Positions 1 to 11,726 of a stretch of DNA of 64,000 nucleotides are shown one piece after another; within the stretch, counting starts at the first letter, position 1; each line of letters begins with the position of its first letter. The position numbers were made by a program, and so were the translations under genes. The notes beneath the pieces were generated by a model. That model was given only the letters and a program-made list of their open reading frames with translations. It was not told the DNA's origin and searched no databases. The stretch spans positions 32,736,001 to 32,800,000 of the forward strand of contig OX597834.1 of assembly GCA_951406725.2 (NCBI GenBank), written 5' to 3'. This DNA comes from Octopus vulgaris (Eukaryota).

Positions 1-80
1 ATATATATACACGCATACACACACATATATATAGGAGAGAGTGAGAGAAAGAGTGAGAGAGATGTGTGTGTGTGTGTTTT

Positions 81-348
81 TTGTTTCAATCATTTGATTG
101 CGGCCATACTGGACCACCACCTTAGAGGGTTTTAGTCAAAGAAATTGACCCCAGGACTTATTCTTCGTAAGCCTAGTACTTAATTCTATTGGTCTCTTTT
201 TGCTGAATTGCTAAGTAATGGGGACGTAAACACACCAGCTTTGATCAACTTGAAGCTATAGCAGAAGATATTTGTCAAAGGTGTCACTCAGTAGGACTGA
301 ACCTGGAAACACGTGGTTGGGAAGCAAGCTACTTACCACACAACCACA
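81..348 (-). mobile_element. SINE family A, degenerate and internally deleted copy
   Basis: Reverse-complement match to the head and 3' tail of the full copy at 9946-10415. Confidence 0.8.
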
Positions 349-899
349 AAATATATATATATATATCATTGATATAAGCATTATGCCCAGTTCAATCTTT
401 CTCAGGGGAATCAGGCTAAAATGCAATAAATAAGGAAAAAGAGGGGGGGGGACAAAATAAAAAGAAACACAGAAAAGATAAGAAACTGGAGAGGATAGAA
501 AGAAAGAAAGAAAGAAAAGAAGGAAAGAGTGACAGCCATAGCTGTGGAGAGAAAAGGGGTGGGCAATGAAGCTGTGTACTTGTAGATAGGAGTACAGAGA
601 AAGAGAGGGAGGGAGGGCCCGGGGGGGGGGGAAAGAGATGGCGGGGGGGGGGTTGGGGGAATCTGAGAAGGGAGTTTTACAGGCTAGAGACAGGAAGGGA
701 ACCTGGTGGTGTGAGAGAGAGAGAGGGGGAATGGGAGAGCCGGGGAGTGGGGTGGGGATATGTCGGGGGGGGGGGGGGCCGACTAGACAGACAGACAGCT
801 GGCAAAATGGCTATGAAGACTGCTCTCATAGACATTCCTTTGCAAATATAAGTTCTTAGCATTTTAGCCCTGGGGCTAATTCTAGATTTAGTAGATCTA

Positions 900-1105
900 C
901 GAGGAGGGTGGGGGGGTGCTGAAAAGTTCCTGGCTTTGGTGTAAAAGAAAATACAAGAGGAATTAGTTAACTGTGATTCTATTCAACATATTCCCCTTCT
1001 CAGGTTCACACACACAGTTTTTCTAAGCCCTGTTAAAGAACTCGGAAGCTTGGGTCTCCAACCAGACCTTTTGCAATAACCTTAAAGCCAAGAACTTTTC
1101 AGCCC
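900..1105. mobile_element. Mariner-like MITE (right end eroded)
   Basis: TA + CGAGG..GGTGCTGAAAAGTTCCTGGCTTT at left, AAAGCCAAGAACTTTTCAGC at right; same family, in the opposite orientation, at 43666-43885. Confidence 0.75.
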
Positions 1106-1185
1106 AATCAAATTCATTCTAGCTGCGACCATCCAGCCACTATTATTATTATTATTATTATTATTATTATCATTATTATTATTAC

Positions 1186-1460
1186 GGCCTAATGGTTAGG
1201 GTGATGCACTCACAATTATTCGATCGTGATTTCAATTCCTAGACAGGGTGGTGTGTTGTGTTCTTGAGCAAAATACTTCATCTCGCATTGCTCTGCGGTC
1301 ACTTCAACACCTGATGCAGGATGCACAGTGCACCCGTTCAGACAACATCGATTTGATGGAGAGAGACTGAGCTTAATGTGCAGCACATACATTAGGTCAC
1401 AATAAACAAATCCTTTGTGCAGGGCGTTCGGCAAAAGGCTGAACACTCATGTGTCGACCA
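1186..1460 (+). mobile_element. tRNA-derived SINE (family C) with Meta/CORE-like central segment
   Basis: Degenerate A-box (GGCCTAATGG) and B-box-like (ATTTCAATTCC), then GTGTTGTGTTCTTGAGCAAAATACTTCATCTCGCATTGCTC, which resembles conserved SINE cores; flanked by (ATT)n. Confidence 0.6.
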
Positions 1461-1498
1461 TCATCAACACTATTATTATTATTATCATTATTATTATC

Positions 1499-1730
1499 AG
1501 GCGGCGTGCTGGCAGAAACGCTAGCACGCCGGGCAAAATGCGTAGCCATATTTCGTCTGTTGTTACGTTCTGAGTTCAAATTCCGCCGAGGTCGACTTTG
1601 CCTTTCATCCTTTCGGGGTCGATAAATAAAGTACCAGTTTCGCACTGGGGTCGATGTAATCGTATTAATCCCTTTGTCTTTCCTTGTTTGTCCCCTCTAT
1701 ATTTAGCCCCTTGTGGACAGTAAAGAAATA
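1499..1730 (+). mobile_element. SINE family B (Nin/Deu-like core), full length
   Basis: GGCGGCGTGCTGGCAGAAACG head, B-box GAGTTCAAATTCC, core GGTCGACTTTGCCTTTCATCCTTTCGGGGTCGATAAA..AAGTACCAG; many copies in window. Confidence 0.85.
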
Positions 1731-1984
1731 TATTATTATTATCATTATTATTATCATCATCATCATCGCCAACATAAGCAATGCTCTACCTGCTTATTGA
1801 AATAACGTGTGGGTGAATGAGTATTCGACAGACGTGCCCTTAACGTAATTCTTAAGGCGAGCATCAAGGGTGACAGTAATGTGACAAAACTGGGGACGTT
1901 TGAATTACAGGTAAAGACCATCCGACTGGCTTATGTCTATCCAAGTTCATTAACAAGGCATGAATCAAGTGGGGCATATAATAT

Positions 1985-2212
1985 ATTTCTTTACTGCCCA
2001 CAAGGAGCTAAACATAGAGGGGACAAACAAGGACAAAGGTATTAAGTCGATTACATCGACCCCAGTGTGAAACTGGTACTTTATTTATCGACCCCGAAAG
2101 GATGAAAGGCAAAGTCGACCTCGGCGGAATTTGAACTCACAACGTAACGACAGACGAAATACTGCTAAGCATTTCGCCAGGCGCGCTAACGTTTCTGCCA
2201 GCTCACCGCCTT
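1985..2212 (-). mobile_element. SINE family B, full length
   Basis: Reverse complement of 1499-1730. Confidence 0.85.
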
Positions 2213-3060
2213 CAGTGGGGCACATAATAAAATACACTTGTCCAAGATACCGCCCAGTGGAATCGAACCTGTGACCTTGCGATACATGCAAACGCAGTGA
2301 TTCGAACATCAAAATGGATATTCTCTTAGGACCAAACGTAACTACGTGTGAGTGTGTGCGTGCACGCGTGTATGTTGCACGTGTGTACGTGTATGTATGA
2401 GAGTGAGCGAGTGTAGGGCGAGTGCGTGAGTACGTGCATGAATGCGTTTTGAGTGAAAGTGAATGTGAGAATGGATGTGTGTGTGTGTGTGTGTGTGTGT
2501 CTGCATGCGTCTATGTATGAGTGTAAGTCTGAGAGTGCGTGAATACGAGTGAATGCGATAATGCGTTTGTCTATGTGAGTGTGCTTGCATGCGAGTGTGT
2601 GTATATGTGAGGCCGAGACAATGTATACAAGCCTCCTATTCAAACACACATGCACGCACGCACAGAGACAGAGAGGGAATCCCACAGGCCCCCGCCACAA
2701 CGCCTGCTCTAATATGGGAAGAGACGATTCCCCTTCGCCCCACACACACAACACAGCTGTGTGCTGTTGGATTATTAACAGACGTAGTTAAGTTTATTAA
2801 ACGGTCTGTGTCTATATTGTGACGCGTTGAAGTATGACCGATCCAGCTCACCTCAGATATTAATGCTAGACAATATAGATAGACCGAGAGGGAGAGGTTG
2901 TGGATAAGACATTGAACAATGAAGGAAGAAAGGAAAGAAAAGGAAGGGCGGAGAAAGAGAATAAAGAAGAAAGGGAAGGATATGAGGCGAGGAAACAAAA
3001 GGTAAACGAAACAGAAGAAAGAATAGCGTTTTTTATTTATCTTTCTGTTCACCATTTTTG

Positions 3061-3583
3061 CTTGTTTCAATCATTGGACTGAGACTTGTGCAGCGACACT
3101 GTATGAAACGGTTTAGTTCAAGCATGGACAGCCTTTTTCGAGAAGTAGGACGCATGAGGCAGGGTCCATCATCAAGCGGGCTGTGCTGATTTTTCGTTTA
3201 GGCACGCTATTCAGAAAGTGCCGCGGGTCGGAAGTTGCCCATGACTGGTCTAGTCGAACAAATCCAAACGAAAGAAAATGGGGGAAAAAAGGGGTGGTAT
3301 TAATTCTTTTGGTCTTTCTCGCCAAACTGCTATATTAAGGGGACGTAAACAAACCAATACCGGTTGCTAAGCAGTGGCAGGGAGAGGATAAACACACACA
3401 CACACACGTATATATATACACACGTATGGGCTCCCACAGTTTCCGCCAAATTCACACAAAGGTATTGGTCGGCGTGAGATTTATAGTAGAATACACTTGC
3501 CTAAGGTGCCGGGCAGTGGCACTGAACCCAAAACCATGTGGTTGCAAAGCGAGTTTCTTAACCACACAGCTATACTGCGTCTA
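3061..3583 (-). mobile_element. SINE family A, degenerate, interrupted at about 3085-3250
   Basis: Tail remnant at 3061-3081; body and head at 3250-3583 match family A. Confidence 0.7.
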
Positions 3584-3799
3584 TAGGGCTGAAGAAATGG
3601 ATATAAAAAGTGATAAAAGAAAGAAAGAAAGAAAGAAAGAAAGAATTCGGAAAGAAGGACAGCAGAAGACTGACGATAGATGATTATAGATTGATAAACG
3701 ACAGAAGATTGATGAAAGTTAGTAAAAAAAAAAAGTGGAGATGGAAGACTGACTAAAACAAAGAAAAGGGAAGAACACTGATAAAAAATGGATCAAGGT

Positions 3800-4070
3800 A
3801 GATGAAGGAAGGCAGAAAACAGACGAACGAAGACAAAAGACAGATGGGTGAAAGTAGCTGTCAGATAGTATAAGGCAGAAGACAGATGAGTGAAGGCAGA
3901 AGACGGATGAGTGAAGGCAGAAGACAGAGGAGTGAAGGCAGAGGACAGGTGGGTGAAGGCAGAAGATAGATGAGCAAAAGCAGAAGACAGATGAGCAAAA
4001 GCAGACGTTAGATGAGTAAAGGCAGACGTCAGAGATGAGTGAAGGCAAAAGACAGATGGGAGAAAGCAGA
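3800..4070. repeat. 21-bp minisatellite (GAAGGCAGAAGACAGATGAGT)n
   Basis: About 12 degenerate tandem units read directly; explains ORFs 3719-4207 and 3793-4092. Confidence 0.9.
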
Positions 4071-4906
4071 AGAGAGAAGAATGGCGTGCCACTCGAGCAA
4101 GCCAGCCAAAACATTAACATCGTCATCATTGTCGTCATCGTGGCGGTCGTCTGCGCTGTCATTGTGAAATGTAAGCAACAGACGACATGAGGCGGTAATG
4201 ACGACATAGCAACGGTAATATAACATATCTCATGTTGGGGTGTGAAGGAAGGATGGGAGGATGGATGGTCGAGAATGACGAGGGAGAGAGTTATGAGGTG
4301 GGGGGGGAATGAAAAGAATGTAAGAAGAGAGGAAAGGGAAATAGGATTGATAGAAATTAAGATAGAAAATCAGAGGGGGAAAATAAAGAAGAAAAAATAC
4401 AGAATGAAAATAAAAGAGAAATGAAGAAACGAAAGGAAGAAGATACACAAACAAAACAAATGTGAAGGTAAGACGAAAGAAACATTGAGAAGAGAAGAAA
4501 ATAAGGAAAAAAAAAAAAGAATCGAGGTAGATAGACAAACAGAGACAGATAGATAGAGAGAAAGAGAGATATACAGACAAGCAGATAGACTGAGAGACGG
4601 AGACAGAGATAGATAGACTGAGACGAAAAGGTAGGCAGATAGGCAAATAGGTACACAGACAGACGGATAAATAGAGAGACAGATCGATGGGGAAAGAGTC
4701 AAAGACAGAAAAAGGAGAAAGACTGACGAACGAACGGGGGAGGGAGGGACAGACAGACAGAGAAACAAGAAAAGAAATGAAGGAGAAACAGAGAATGAAT
4801 GAGACGTTAACATTCTCATGTACAATAGAACCAAAAGTGTTAACTGGGACCCTTAAGATTCGCCTTTCGGTTTGGTCAAATACTGCTTAACCGAAGGACT
4901 AGAGAA

Positions 4907-5492
4907 GAGGTTCTCAATCATTTTCCGTCTGTGGAACCCTTTCATTCAAATTCTACTCTACTGGAGGCCCATAGACATTTGAATTTTTTTTAAAATCCCA
5001 TTATATTTTTTTAATTAAATATTATTTCGTTTTTGTATCTGGCTTGCAAGATTCCATATGTGAATTCGTGTGCTGAAACAAATTTTGTTGTGTCTGGGGA
5101 GAGTCATATTGCCTTAATATCCAAGACACTCAGCGGTTTAATTTCCACTCATTTATTTATTCCAGAAAGCTTTTTTCGTGGCTGCATTTGCGACCTTATT
5201 CTGACTGACTCTGAGTCAAAATCCATTGATACGGTCGCAAATGCAGCCACGGAAAAAGCTTCCTGGAATGAATGAATAAATGAATAAATAAATGGAAATT
5301 GAACCGATGTGTTATATTAAGGTACTACGACTCTCCCCAGACACAATAAATATTATTAGGAATTGTAGAAAAGAATTTGTGAAAATGTTTTATACATCGT
5401 AGAAGCATAGCTGATTCATTGCATTAAATTTTTAACAACTAAATCTTACATGGATCACCAAGGGTCATGTGGACCCCGGTTGAGAATCACTG
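4907..5492. mobile_element. hAT (Charlie-like) MITE carrying a nested foldback insertion
   Basis: AGAGGTTCTCAATCATTT at left and GGACCCCGGTTGAGAATCACTG at right (CAGTGGTTCTCAACC-type TIR); related copy at 34970-35597. Confidence 0.65.
5081..5351. mobile_element. Foldback/MITE with long imperfect inverted repeats
   Basis: TTGTGTCTGGGGAGAGTC...GTGGCTGCATTTGCGACC is mirrored by GGTCGCAAATGCAGCCAC...GACTCTCCCCAGACACAA. Confidence 0.8.
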
Positions 5493-6067
5493 GACAAGAC
5501 CGTCAGGCGAAGCTTAAGAAAGTTCTAATCAACAATTTGTTTACACACGCACACACGTATTTTTATAAAGAGTGAAGAGGTGTATAAACAAGATTGTTCA
5601 ATGATTCGACAAGCAATTATGCAATACTGGCAGTAATTTGTCGAAACGCGTGTACGTTTTATAAAGCATAAGTTACCAAATGTGTTTTCGATATTTCATT
5701 AATACCTTATATCATCCATTAGCAGCTCACTGACCTCGATTTCTGGCATGTGTGCTATCCATTCATCAAAAGCTGACCAGTGGCCTTATGCTTTTATACC
5801 AAGAATCCTCAACCGAGTTTTTACGTTTATCGTTTTCTTCCATCAGAATGAACCACACTCAGTGAAGAACTCCGACCAGCTTACAGACTGAGTCCCCTGT
5901 TTCATAAGTTTAATGACACGAAGTTTCGTTTGTGAAAATCATTATGAACGTCAAAACGATTATACACCCTAACGATAAGCAAACTGACTGCTCTGAACCG
6001 ATCAAGTTATATGCAACGGGTGTGTGCATGTTAATGCAATAATAAACATCAAACAAGTAGAAATTAT

Positions 6068-6470
6068 GGATCTTTTCGGTTTGAACGGCAGTTTTTAAAA
6101 ATAATTTCCACGTAACTAAACACTTTTAAACTTCGTATACTGGTAGAATGTGTTTATAAAACATCTTTTTCTCTTGGCTTTATTGAGAAAATTCTATAGT
6201 TTGTAAGATATTTGTTGTTTTTTTTCTGCAATTTCAATCAATCAATGACGTCTATTGAGGTAAAAAAAATATTCTGTGCCGTATGAATATGTCCCTCGTT
6301 TAAGAAACAGATTGGGTTTATTTACATTTGTGAAGAAAAAAAGATACCTTTCCCCTAACCCTAATCCTAAAACAGATTGAAATGCAATAGATCGATACTA
6401 GGGTCATAATTATGGGTGACAATTTCATATGACACCGTTAGAAAAACTGCCGTTCAAACCAAAAAGATCC
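6068..6470. mobile_element. MITE with 29-bp TIRs and 8-bp TSD (Merlin- or Mutator-like)
   Basis: TIR GGATCTTTTCGGTTTGAACGGCAGTTTTT (1 mismatch between ends); GAAATTAT duplicated at 6060-6067 and 6471-6478. Confidence 0.9.
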
Positions 6471-6601
6471 GAAATTATTATCACACATAGACATGATACG
6501 TTAATATATGTTCAAGTTGGAAGCGCTGAAATGCCGAATTTTCTCTTCAGACGGGTGTACCATCTTTTATATGATATAATGCCATATATAAGTACTTGTT
6601 C

Positions 6602-6641
<40 letters not shown>

Positions 6642-7067
6642 CCACCTATCTATCTGTCTGTCTGTCTGTACGTATGTATATATGTAAGCAAGTAAAAATG
6701 AGTTATGAGAAATAATTCCGTGGTGAGTGGCATGTGTTTAAACAACGTAGGTATATCAAATTGCAACAAATTGTTTTGATTTATTAAATTATCTCCGCCG
6801 CTACAGTATGCTTCATAATTACAAACTGACAACTAAGACAAGCTCCACACGAGGAGAGATAATCTTCAGAATCAAGAATTTCTCCAAAGTCGACACGCCA
6901 TTTATGAAAAGAGCAGGCTTATTGTCTGGCGATAAGAAGACCGTCACGCTCATCTTTCTGGCTTAATAACCGTCTTCAGCACAGCAATCATCTGACCTTA
7001 TCTTCAGCAACCAAAGGTCTAACAGGTACATAAAACAAAATCAGATTAATTGCCGAGGTATGCTCCT

Positions 7068-7250
7068 CAACCACATGGTTCCGGGGTCAATCCCAAAGTG
7101 TTTTCTACTTTAGCCTCGAGTAGACCAAAGCTTTGTGAGTGGATTTGGTAGACAGAAACTGAAAGAAGCCTGTCGTGTGTGTGTGTGTGTGTGCATCTGT
7201 GTGTTTTTGTGTCTGTTTGTCCCTCCCCCATCATCAGTTGGTGTTCATAT
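7068..7250 (+). mobile_element. SINE family A, partial
   Basis: CAACCACATGGTTCC...GTGAGTGGATTTGGTAGACAGAAACTGAAAGAAGCC. Confidence 0.75.
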
Positions 7251-7382
7251 TGCAGATGAGTGGGACTTGGTGCAATGTGGAAGTGAATTGCATGTATGTT
7301 TGAGGACATGTCACTTGGCCCAAGAATTTACGATTTGTAGGCTCAGCATCCAAACCAATAAGCCATATGCTTATGGAGAGAG

Positions 7383-7419
<37 letters not shown>

Positions 7420-7837
7420 GTAAAGGGAAAGAAATAGGGACAGACGGAGGGAGGGGGAGTAAGCGAAAGAGAGAGAGACAGACAGACAGCGGGACGGAGA
7501 GATGGAGAGAGACAGACAAGACGGAGGGGGAGAGAGGTAGTATGTAGATATGTTTGTTGCACACATACCCACAGAGAAACCTGTGTTTAACATGTCTCAC
7601 ACGCTTTTGCATAGATAAGCTTGTGTATAAACAAAACACACACACATATATATATATACAGACAAACTACACATAGAGAACTTGTGTATACCATACGCTG
7701 CAAACAGAAACTTTTACAGATGTCTCTCACACAAACGCATACATCACAAGTGTGTAATAAACATAAAACACATACAGACACACACAACAAAACAGAAACT
7801 TCTGTGCAGACAGATCGCGCGCAGATACACACACAAA

Positions 7838-7868
<31 letters not shown>

Positions 7869-8349
7869 GAATATACGCATATACACACTTGTATGAATAA
7901 CCATATACACAAAATTTACACGTTCAAATATACCGAGGCACACATACACACATTTATACATCCCACCATTTCCGACATTACAGAAAAAAAAAAAAGAGCC
8001 AACGCAGTGTTCGCTCAATCACTCGGTGTAATGGCGGCGGTGGTAAGGAATGATGGATAAGCGAGAGGATATTTAGGGTGTAGAGGTGGAGAGGTTTACA
8101 AGTACAGGCTTCTCTCGTTGCAGCCAACAAACTCTAGGCACTAGACAGAGAAGGGAGAGAGAAAAAAAAAGACGGAGGTAAGAAGGCCTGGTATCCAGTC
8201 GTTTGGGGCAAAGAGAACTTTTGACAGCGATGGCGGATGTGAAGAGGGAAATGGAAGACAAAACAATAAATGGAGAAGAGGGGAGATAGATAAAGGGTTG
8301 CAACATCTCTCATCTTTAGAACGATGGTTGTGTTTAACGTACTTATATT

Positions 8350-8745
8350 CTCTTTCAACTCTTTTCCTTGTTTCCGGCATATGACTGCGGCCATGCTGGA
8401 GCGCCGCCTTTTAGTCGAACAGATCGACTCCAGAACTTATTCTTTGTAAGCCTAGTACTTATTCTATCGGTCTCTTTTGCCGAACCGCTAAGTTACGGAG
8501 ACGTAAACGCACCAGCATCGGTTGTCAAGCGATGTTGGGAGGACAAGCACACATGCGCGTGCGCACACACACACACGTATAGGACGGGCTTCTATCAGTT
8601 TCCGTCTAACAAATCCACTCACAAGGCTTTGGTCGGCCCGAGGCTATAGTAGAAAACACTTGCCAAAGGTGCCACGCAGTGAGATTGAACCCGGAACCAT
8701 GTGGTTGGGAAGCAAGCTTCTTACCACACAGCCACGCCTGCGCCT
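8350..8745 (-). mobile_element. SINE family A, full length
   Basis: Near-complete reverse-complement match to 9946-10415. Confidence 0.9.
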
Positions 8746-8789
8746 GTAAACCTCACCACTTCTACAACCTATATGCATGCGTAACATAC

Positions 8790-8980
8790 TGAACATACTT
8801 CAATTCGTTCAATGGACTGCGGCCGCTCTGCCGCACCGCCATAACATTTCCTATCAGTTTCATATGTCGCTTTATTGCAGGGAGACAGTCTATGACTGAG
8901 TTTGTAGCAGCTGATCTTCCCTGAGTGTATTCTTCAAAGGTTGGCTGGTCCGGTATTGTCGTTAGGAGTTCATCCATAAC
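8790..8980 (-). pseudogene. LINE (CR1/L2-group) ORF2 C-terminus and 3'UTR fragment
   Basis: Peptide DELLTTIPDQPT..RSAATNSV is homologous to DLFLSGVPDEPT..RAAASNSL of the fragment at 9175-9490; followed by ATGGCGGTGC..GGCCGCAGTC tail. Confidence 0.65.
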
Positions 8981-9174
8981 ATTAATATACCGAAAACACC
9001 CATTTGTTTCATCGCTTTGTGCATTTGTGTATGCAGGTGGTATGGGTTACTTCCCTTGGGCTGTTTAAATAAAATATTAGTAATATGTAGTAAACAGAAT
9101 GATCCATTGGAAGGGCCCTATTATCGATTTTTTTTTAACAATCTAAGTATGTCACGATGTTTCCAGATATGAGT

Positions 9175-9488
9175 TCTAGCCACGTAGGACAAGATACTGT
9201 GATAGCCTGGGCTTCAGAGGCCCACAGCTCTTCAATATCCTCCCGAAGAACCTGAGAGACCTGCATGGGGTGGATGCAGATGTCTTTAAAATAAAACTGG
9301 ATCTCTTCCTGTCAGGTGTCCCAGATGAACCAACTTCACGGCAGGAGGTGCAGATGAGGGCAGCTGCGTCGAACTCTCTCATGCACCAAATGGCAATTGC
9401 TAAAAAGCATTCGTGAAGTAAAATCATGTAGCAACACCAAATGGCGGTGCCCCAGCATGGCCACAGCTCGTGAGCTGAAACTAAATAA

Positions 9489-9490
<2 letters not shown>
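9175..9490 (+). pseudogene. LINE (CR1/L2-group) ORF2 C-terminus and 3'UTR fragment
   Basis: My translation RTRYCDSLGFRGPQLFNILPKNLRDLHGVDADVFKIKLDLFLSGVPDEPT..AASNSL resembles LINE ORF2 C-termini; ends in TAAA/TA tail. Confidence 0.75.
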
Positions 9491-9530
<40 letters not shown>

Positions 9531-9945
9531 TAGCTGGTGTACCCGGTAATTCCCGGGGGTAAAGAAGGCTGCATGCTTTTCCTAACTCCAACCACTCCAA
9601 GAGTGTAATGGGTGCTTTTACGTTGGAGTATTTGCAAATGGAGGCCATCCCTTCCTCGCAAGCCTGAGTGATACGCTCGAACTAGTTTCGGAATTTTTTG
9701 TCCCTTGTCAACGGGCGGTAACCACCAGGTCGCGATGAAAGTGAAGGCTGCTTTGCAAATATATAAGTTTTTCTAGTGGCGTCTGCCACTGATGTCGAAA
9801 AACTGACAGTAAGCATAATTAAATCTCAGAATGAGATTGAAACAGTAATCGCTCGATAATGTAAAGTATAGAAGCCATCTTATCATGGCTAACCACATTG
9901 GGGAGGGGAATTATAAAAATGATAACAAAAAATATACAATATATA

Positions 9946-10110
9946 GGCGCAGGAGTGGCTGTGTGGTAAGTAGCTTGTTTACCAACCACATGGTTCCAGG
10001 TTCAGTCCCACTGCGTGGCACCTTGGGCAAGTGTCTTCTACTATAGCCTCGGGCCGACCAATGCCTTGTGAGTGGATTTGGTAGACGGAAACTGAAAGAA
10101 GCCTGTCGTA

Positions 10111-10169
<59 letters not shown>

Positions 10170-10415
10170 GTGTGTGTGTGTGTGTGTTTGTGCGTCTGTG
10201 TTTGTCCCCCTAGCATTGCTTAACAACCGATGCTGGTGTGTTTACGTCCCCATCACTTAGCGGTTCGGCAAAAGAGAAGACCGATAGAATAAGTACTGGG
10301 TTTACAAAAGAATAAGTCCCGGGGTCGAGTTGCTCGACTAAAGGCGGTACTCCAGCATGGCCGCAGTCAAATGACTGAAACGAGTAAAAGAGTAAAAGAG
10401 AGAGAGAGTAAAGAG
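9946..10415 (+). mobile_element. SINE family A, full length (reference copy)
   Basis: tRNA-like head with A-box TGGCTGTGTGG (9956-9966) and B-box GGTTCAGTCCC (9999-10009), internal (TA)n(TG)n, tail GGCGGT..CCAGCATGGCCGCAGTCAAATGACTGAAAC + (GTAAAAGA)n. Confidence 0.9.
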
Positions 10416-11107
10416 TACAGAACTGTTTCTACTTTGCGGATTTTCACCTATCGCGAGGGGGTTCTGGAATGTAACACACGCGATAATCGAGGGATTATTG
10501 TACCATAAATTCGTATGTCTGTTTTTTTTTTTGGTAGTGGAGAACCAGGTGTAAATCCAGTTTCGTCGACATCATAATCATCGTCATCATCTGTCCCCGC
10601 TCCACCACCACCATCATTCCTCCTCACCCACCCCCACATACACACTAAAGATTACACCGGGCTTATAATGTACTGTACAAGACTTTGACTAAGTGCGCGC
10701 GCCAACCACTGCAGGTGCGAGATACTCGGTAAACTGGCTGGCTGGCTGGCTGGCGGCCTGCCTGGTGCTTCCTCCCACCGCTCACCCCTATCACCGTCTG
10801 AAAATATCCTTTAGATTTATCCACCCTCGACCCCCCCCACTCCGCACCGAAGTCAGTAGGACCAGTATCACCATCACCACCACCACCACCACCACCACCA
10901 CCGTTACGATCTTCACCATCATACCATCATACACCCCGCATAACAAAAAAAAAAAAAAAAACCCGTTGCCGCCGCCACCGCCACCACCGACACCACCGCA
11001 GATTAAGAGGAGATAGCCAGACGCCGAGGGCAACAAGCAGTAATTGCTTCCGCTGAAGGCGTTTCGGTCCATAGTGACTTGCCTACCTATCTCCCCTCCT
11101 CCGGTAG

Positions 11108-11163
<56 letters not shown>

Positions 11164-11210
11164 GGAGGGGTGAGAAGAAGAAAGACAAGAACTACGCGCA
11201 CACGCACACA

Positions 11211-11245
<35 letters not shown>

Positions 11246-11726
11246 GCACATAAAAGTTACGATCAAAGATAAACAGTACACGTGTACCGATATAAATACA
11301 AAATAAATAAATGTTAATATAAAAATAATTGGATCTCCGTCGGTTTCGATGATGAGTATTCCAGATGTCGGGGGCGACTGAACTACCAACACACTGAATT
11401 AGTTATCGTGCGAATGGCTGGGTATCTCGCGGGTACACAAGGCACTTGTACTCTTAGCGACATATTATTCTTCAGGCAGAATCAACTTTATTCTTCCAAT
11501 TTACAGCGTTCAGTGAAGATAACGGGAATCAGTACAGTTTCCGTTTAGCCAGTTTCGCTGAAAAGGGTTTTGGACGGTCAACGAGAAGCTACAGTAGAAG
11601 TCCCATGTCCAAAATGCCATGCAGGGCAACGTGTGCAGGAACCCGAGAAATCTTGACTTCGAAGCGGAGCCTTTTTTTCCTTTCTTTTTTTAACCAAATG
11701 GCCAAACGTTTGCCTGTATGATATAT

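Noticed and set aside
4056-4190. Short plus-strand frame NGVPLEQASQNINIVIIVVIVAVVCAVIVK followed by GTAAG, resembling a transmembrane exon
   Set aside because: The hydrophobic run comes from degenerate (GTC/ATC)n repeats; no polypyrimidine acceptor upstream and no partner exons seen
9946-10022. tRNA-like sequence with A and B boxes
   Set aside because: It is the SINE head, present in many diverged copies, with no intact cloverleaf
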